15,797 bases of DNA, taken from assembly GCA_963809895.1 (NCBI GenBank), contig CAWELD010000001.1:1-15797 (forward strand), read 5' to 3'. The notes below the pieces were generated by a model. The model saw nothing but the letters and a program-made list of their open reading frames with translations. It did no database searches and was not told the DNA's origin. A program made the translations under genes and the position numbers. Numbering within the stretch: the first letter of the stretch is position 1; each line of letters starts with the position of its first letter. The DNA is from an uncultured Gemmatimonadales bacterium. Lineage in GTDB: Bacteria > Gemmatimonadota > Gemmatimonadetes > Longimicrobiales > Gaopeijiaceae. Below, in pieces: positions 11,825 through 15,797 of the stretch.

Positions 11825-12747
11825 TCAGCTCAGGTCGTCCAGGATCATGACGGACGCCGTCTCATCCTCGAAGCACTCCACCACGCGCAACAACGCATCC
11901 TCCAGCTTCAGCGCGTCATGCAGGGGGAACGCGCGGCGCAGCTGCGGCTCGATGGCGTGCACCAGGGGGAGCAACTCGCCCAACACCGCGGGTGCGGGGC
12001 CGATTCCCGCCAGCCCGCCGTCACGAATCACATCCAGGACGTTGATCGTGAATAGACGGTGGCGGAGCTCCGGTGTGCGGAGCAGGGCCGCCTGGAGTTG
12101 CTGCGCCAACCAGATATCGGCTTCCGACGGTACGGGGAAGGGGTCTTCCAGAGCGTCGAAGTACTTCAGTCGCCGGGAGGCGTGCCGCTCCAGCGCCCGA
12201 GCAAGAGAGATCTCGTTGGGCCTCACCTCCACCAGGGCGACCGCCCGCACCCGGCGACCGTGGAGGACATCGGCGCTCGGTGCCAGCACCCCCGCTGGCC
12301 CCGGAATCGAGCAGACCCGCAGCTCGACCGGGACCGACTCGAACCCCCACCAGAACTCGTCCACCGCGGGATCGAAGCCCGGGGCCGCGAGTGCCTTCTG
12401 GATTCTGTGAGCGGCCAGGTCGGAAATTCCTGCGGCCAGCGTGGGGAGGAGCTCGTGGGGATCACTGTCCGATACCTCATCATCCAGGGCGAAACCACCC
12501 CAGAGACTCCCGATGACCCGGGATACGATCCAGCGGTCCAGGGTCTCCGCGGATTCGAGGATCGCCCCAGCAACGCCTGCAGGGGCAGGAGCTCCCTCTC
12601 GGACGGAACGTCGAACACGTGCGGAAGCCCTCCCGCCGCGACCCGCTGCTGGATTCGCGCCGCCTCGCGACGCTCCAGGTAGGATCGGCTCAGCGGACGC
12701 ACGCGGACGTCGAAGTCGATCACGGCCCGGTATCGAAACACGTCCAT
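11825..12747 (-). CDS. Hypothetical 307-aa protein made of two tandem homologous domains; single-base frameshift in a G-run at 12565-12568
   Basis: ORF 12223..12837 (from MDVFRY, ATG 12747, GGAGG upstream) joins ORF 11825..12790 if one G is added (CTG GGG [G]CG ATC), giving ...LQALLGAILESAETLDRW... The internal repeat alignment runs through the junction. Confidence 0.75.
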
Positions 12748-12912
12748 CGCGTCCACGCCCTCCGGAGTCGAAGACTGGGCGGCCACACACGAAGCGCCCA
12801 TACTAATGGTACCCAGTGGCTTGTAGATTAAGAACACAACGACAGTTTTTGCGCCACTACACTGGCTTGAGAAGAAGGGCCTGTAACCGAGCGAGCGGCA
12901 CGGGAGGATGGG

Positions 12913-13392
12913 ATGAACGGTTGGTGGACGAAGCTGCGGGGCTTCATCGGACTCGCCAGCGTGGGAGCGGTGGCGGGAGCGCTGCTCGGATGCGGGGTGC
13001 TGGTGTGGCTGGAGGTGAGGGGTTACGACGCCCTCACGCTCGCGAACGTGCTGGGAGTCTCGGCTCTCTACGGCGGCCTCGGCGCCGTCACGACATCCGT
13101 GCTGGCGGGTGCGTTGGCCGTCCTCGAGTCGGGCAAGTCGGTGGCCGACCTCTCGTTGCTGCGTGCCGGCACCTGGGGCGCCATCGGTGGCGCGGTAGCG
13201 TCGCTCCTGGTCCTGGGAGTGGTGCTCGCCATCACAGGCGGTGAAGCCCAGGGAGTGCTCCGCCTCATGGCCACCGCCGCCACAGGGGGCGGAGCGCTCG
13301 GGCTCGGTGTGGTCGGCAGCGCCCGCCGGGCGGCTCGCAAGGAGCTCGGAGCCGGCGGGGACCTGAACGCACTCTCCGCAGCGGACGCCTGA
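12913..13392 (+). CDS. Small hypothetical integral membrane protein (about 4 TM)
   Basis: 159 aa with four Gly/Ala-rich hydrophobic segments. SD GGAGG at 12903-12907. Loop LESGKSVADLSLLRAGTWGAIGG. Confidence 0.8.
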   Translation: MNGWWTKLRGFIGLASVGAVAGALLGCGVLVWLEVRGYDALTLANVLGVSALYGGLGAVTTSVLAGALAVLESGKSVADLSLLRAGTWGAIGGAVASLLVLGVVLAITGGEAQGVLRLMATAATGGGALGLGVVGSARRAARKELGAGGDLNALSAADA

Positions 13393-13418
13393 GGGCGGCG
13401 GACGCCGCTGTCACTCCG

Positions 13419-14816
13419 TCACACGTACCCGAACAGGGGTGGGAAGACGATCACCACGAGCGCCGCCCACGCGGCGTACACCGGCAGGTAGTTGGTCTGC
13501 CAGCGTTCCAGGGCGTCGAACATGCCACGCCCGCGCATGAAGCGGACGTAGAGCACGGCGGACCAGGCCAGGTTCACCAACAGCACCACGTTCTCGCCCA
13601 ACGCCGCCACCCGGTTGGGCGTGAAGCCGAACTCGGTGATGCGGGCCGCGATGGCCCACAAGGCCACGGCGTCGGCCAGCAGCGCGCTCACCAGCAGCAC
13701 GATCTGCAGCACGTCGAACATGCCGGGCGGCGAGCCGGGATTCCGGGCCGACAGCGAGTACAGGACGAGTCCCAGGACCACGACCAGGAGCAGGTCGAAC
13801 GCGATGAGCACGTCGCGGTCGATGTCCACGCCCCGGCCGGTCCACACCACGGTGGCCAGAAACGTCACGAGCACCGCGGCGAACAGCGGGGTGAAGAGGC
13901 GGGTGAGCACGGGCGCCATGTTCTCGATGACGCTCTGCTTGGCCTCCACCAGCCAGGACGCGATGAGGACCGCTCCGGTGGCGCCGCAGGGGAGCAGCCA
14001 CGACTGGAAGAAGACCTCGATATCGACTCCGATGGACTGGAAGATCATCGCCATGAAGCCGGTGAGGACGCCGCCACCCAGGGCGATGAGCACGTAGTAG
14101 ATGAAGAGCTCGCCGGAGAAGCGGACGAAGTCCATGCGGCCCTCCACCCGACCCCAGCGACCTCCGGCGTAGGCGATCCCGACGACGATCCAGAGTGCGA
14201 TGGGCAGGTGGAGCCCGGTGAGCAGCTCGGTGTTGCCGGGGTCGTGGGTGGCTGCACCCGGGACGTTGGCCTGGAACGGATAGACATTGGCGAAGACGGC
14301 GGCCGCCACGAAGGCCACGGCCAGCCAGCGCACGGTGCCTCCGCCGAGACGGCGCTTCCAGACGAAGTACCCGGTCAGGAACGGCAACACGAACAGGCTC
14401 GCGTTGCGGAAGTAGAAGCCGGCGTCGGGGCCCAGCTCGAGCCCGAACAGAGGGGGGATCTTGATGGCCACCGCCGCCGCCACCGCGAGGCACACGGCGA
14501 CGATGGCGTCGGTGGGCACGGCCTGGCGCGCTGCCGGGCATCGGGCGACGATACCACGAGCTGCTTCCAGAGCCGCTCCGAATGCTCGCGCGCGAACTCC
14601 CGCGACAGATCGTCCAGCGCGCCCATGCGCTTGACGGCGACCAGGAAGGCTTCGTCCGGCGCGAGTCCGGCTTCGGTCAGCGCCCCGATCTGCTCGCGCA
14701 GGTGGTCCTCCAACTCCGCCACATCGACGGAGTGAATCGCCTGTCGGCGCGACAGGTACGCCCGCCACTGGTCGATCTGCTCCTCGAGTCGATGCCTGGT
14801 GATCCGACGACGACAT
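13419..14816 (-). CDS. Permease-prefix (HAAS-like) domain polytopic membrane protein with two compensating frameshifts (14789 and about 14520-14545)
   Basis: The ATG 14816 frame gives MSSSDHQAS and later a multi-TM body (AIKIPPLFG, FYFRNASLFVLPFL, MDFVRFSGELFIYY, ENMAPVLTRLFTPLF, GFTPNRVAALGEN). The prefix domain LEEQIDQWR...VAELEDHLREQI...EAFLVAVKRMG lies in the neighbouring padR frame. Confidence 0.85.
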   Translation of the reverse strand: MSSSDHQASTRGADRPVAGVPVAPTGDSLRRCGGVGGPPARADRGADRSRTRAGRSLPGRRQAHGRAGRSVAGVRARAFGAALEAARGIVARCPAARQAVPTDAIVAVCLAVAAAVAIKIPPLFGLELGPDAGFYFRNASLFVLPFLTGYFVWKRRLGGGTVRWLAVAFVAAAVFANVYPFQANVPGAATHDPGNTELLTGLHLPIALWIVVGIAYAGGRWGRVEGRMDFVRFSGELFIYYVLIALGGGVLTGFMAMIFQSIGVDIEVFFQSWLLPCGATGAVLIASWLVEAKQSVIENMAPVLTRLFTPLFAAVLVTFLATVVWTGRGVDIDRDVLIAFDLLLVVVLGLVLYSLSARNPGSPPGMFDVLQIVLLVSALLADAVALWAIAARITEFGFTPNRVAALGENVVLLVNLAWSAVLYVRFMRGRGMFDALERWQTNYLPVYAAWAALVVIVFPPLFGYV

Positions 14817-14819
14817 GGT

Positions 14820-15205
14820 TCAGGCCCCCTGTGGACGCGGATGAGGGAACCGCGGATGCTGGCTGGGATGGCGGCGCGGAGTTGGGTCCAGATGCCCCGG
14901 AGCGTGGCGTCCACCGCCTGCCACTGCTCGCGTTCGTGGGCGAGCTGGGCCTCCCCCTCGGCCGTGATCCGATAGTACTTCCGGCGGCGGCCGGTGTCCG
15001 CGACTTCCCAGCGCGCCTCGATGTAGCCGAGCCGCTCGAGGCGGTGCAGGACCGGGTAGAGCATGCCGTCGGTCCACTCCATGTGCCCGCCCGAGAGCTC
15101 CCGTACCCGTTGCAGGATGGCATACCCGTAGCTGTCCTCGTCGGCCAGGATCGCCAGGACCAGCGGGGTCGAGGACGCGGCGATGAGATCCTTGTTGATC
15201 TCCAT
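14820..15205 (-). CDS. Second PadR-family transcriptional regulator; as sequenced it reads through into the prefix domain (stop at 14375)
   Basis: MEINKDLIAASSTPLVLAIL, SYGYAILQRV, GMLYPVLHRLE, GRRRKYYRIT. The likely native end is ...QGA-TGA at 14820-14822, in a shifted frame 3 nt before ATG 14816. The 3' end is uncertain. Confidence 0.9.
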
Positions 15206-15209
15206 CAGA

Positions 15210-15251
15210 TCACGCGCCGCGCGTCACGGGGGATTCGGGTGTAGCGTGCAT
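15210..15251 (-). other. Candidate leaderless 13-codon uORF (MHATPESPVTRGA*) ahead of padR
   Basis: ATG at the predicted +1 (6 nt after the -10). TGA ends 4 nt before the padR ATG, which has no SD. Confidence 0.4.
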
Positions 15252-15286
15252 AGCACCATCATGCATTGCAGTGCTAGGTATGTCAA
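15247..15286 (-). promoter_or_regulatory. sigma70-type promoter of the second padR with repeated operator half-sites
   Basis: Minus strand TTGACA (15286-15281), N17, CATGAT (15263-15258). Half-sites TGCATAGCAC (15247-15256 +), TGCATTGCAG (15262-15271 +) and TACCTAGCAC (15280-15271 -). Confidence 0.75.
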
Positions 15287-15439
15287 CGAGTGTGGACCCG
15301 GACCGCTGGGGCGTGTCGGCCCTGCGGATTTTCTGCTTGCAGTTCGCCGAAGTCCCGTCCTAGCTTGCCGCTACGTGGCCGGGCAGGTGCCGGTTCTTCC
15401 TGGCATCCCTCCCGGCGCCCCCCCAGCAGCGAGCAGGCC

Positions 15440-15797
15440 ATGGCCGCGGATTCATGGGCAGGCTCGGAGATCGACCGTCTCCGCAGCCGACTTCAGGCCG
15501 CCCTGGGGGATCGGTACGTGTTGGAGCAGGTGCTGGGGTCCGGGGGCACGGGCACCGTCTTCGCCGCCCTGGACCGGAAGCACGACCGGCGCGTCGCGCT
15601 CAAAGTCCTGCGTCCGGAGTTCAGCGCCAGCGTCGGGAGCCAGCGCTTCCTCCGTGAGATTCACATCGCGGCCGGGCTGACCCATCCGCATATCGTCCCC
15701 CTCTTCGACTCGGGCGACGCGGACGGTCTTCTCTACTACGTCATGGCCCTGGTGGAGGGGGAGAGCCTCCAGGATCTCCTCGACCGGGAGGGCCAAG
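15440..15797 (+). CDS. Second Hanks-type Ser/Thr protein kinase, N-terminal part (runs off the window)
   Basis: Open frame from ATG 15440: MAADSWAGSEIDRLRSRLQAALGDRYVLEQVLGSGGTGTVFAALDRKHDRRVALKVLRPE...RFLREIHIAAGLTHPHIVPLFDSG. Paralogous to the kinase at 5021. Missing from the ORF track because there is no stop. Confidence 0.93.
   Translation, partial: MAADSWAGSEIDRLRSRLQAALGDRYVLEQVLGSGGTGTVFAALDRKHDRRVALKVLRPEFSASVGSQRFLREIHIAAGLTHPHIVPLFDSGDADGLLYYVMALVEGESLQDLLDREGQ

Noticed and set aside
13394..13409. Small GC hairpin between convergent genes
   Set aside because: A 5-6 bp stem with no U-tract on either strand, which is common by chance at this GC content.

Overview
A very GC-rich bacterial accessory region (roughly 70% GC by eye). 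The gene types point to Gemmatimonadota, or less likely Acidobacteriota, but this is inference. Order of content: a PIN-toxin C-terminal fragment; a padR plus ADOP-type duplicated MacB/FtsX permease pair; an intact leaderless vapBC toxin-antitoxin pair followed by a second PIN remnant; an aquaporin overlapping a Hanks Ser/Thr kinase with a TM helix and TolB-like propeller; a second orphan ADOP-type permease (-); a lipoprotein of the cyclase/KynB hydrolase family (-); a frameshifted SEC-C gene (-); a frameshifted hypothetical that, once repaired, consists of two tandem copies of an unrecognised ~145-aa domain (-); a small membrane protein (+); a second padR plus prefix(HAAS)-domain membrane protein pair with frameshifts (-); and the start of a second kinase (+). 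I saw no rRNA, tRNA, CRISPR array, transposase, integrase or ABC ATPase. The most notable observations are the tandem-domain protein, two PadR/prefix-domain modules with visible operators, two promoters with identical leaderless geometry (one driving a 13-codon uORF), an aquaporin lacking the ar/R arginine with an SD-sequestering hairpin, and a hydrolase with a His-to-Gln/Glu metal site. All frameshifts fall between 11.4 and 14.9 kb and may be sequencing errors. Family calls come from motif recognition, not database searches.
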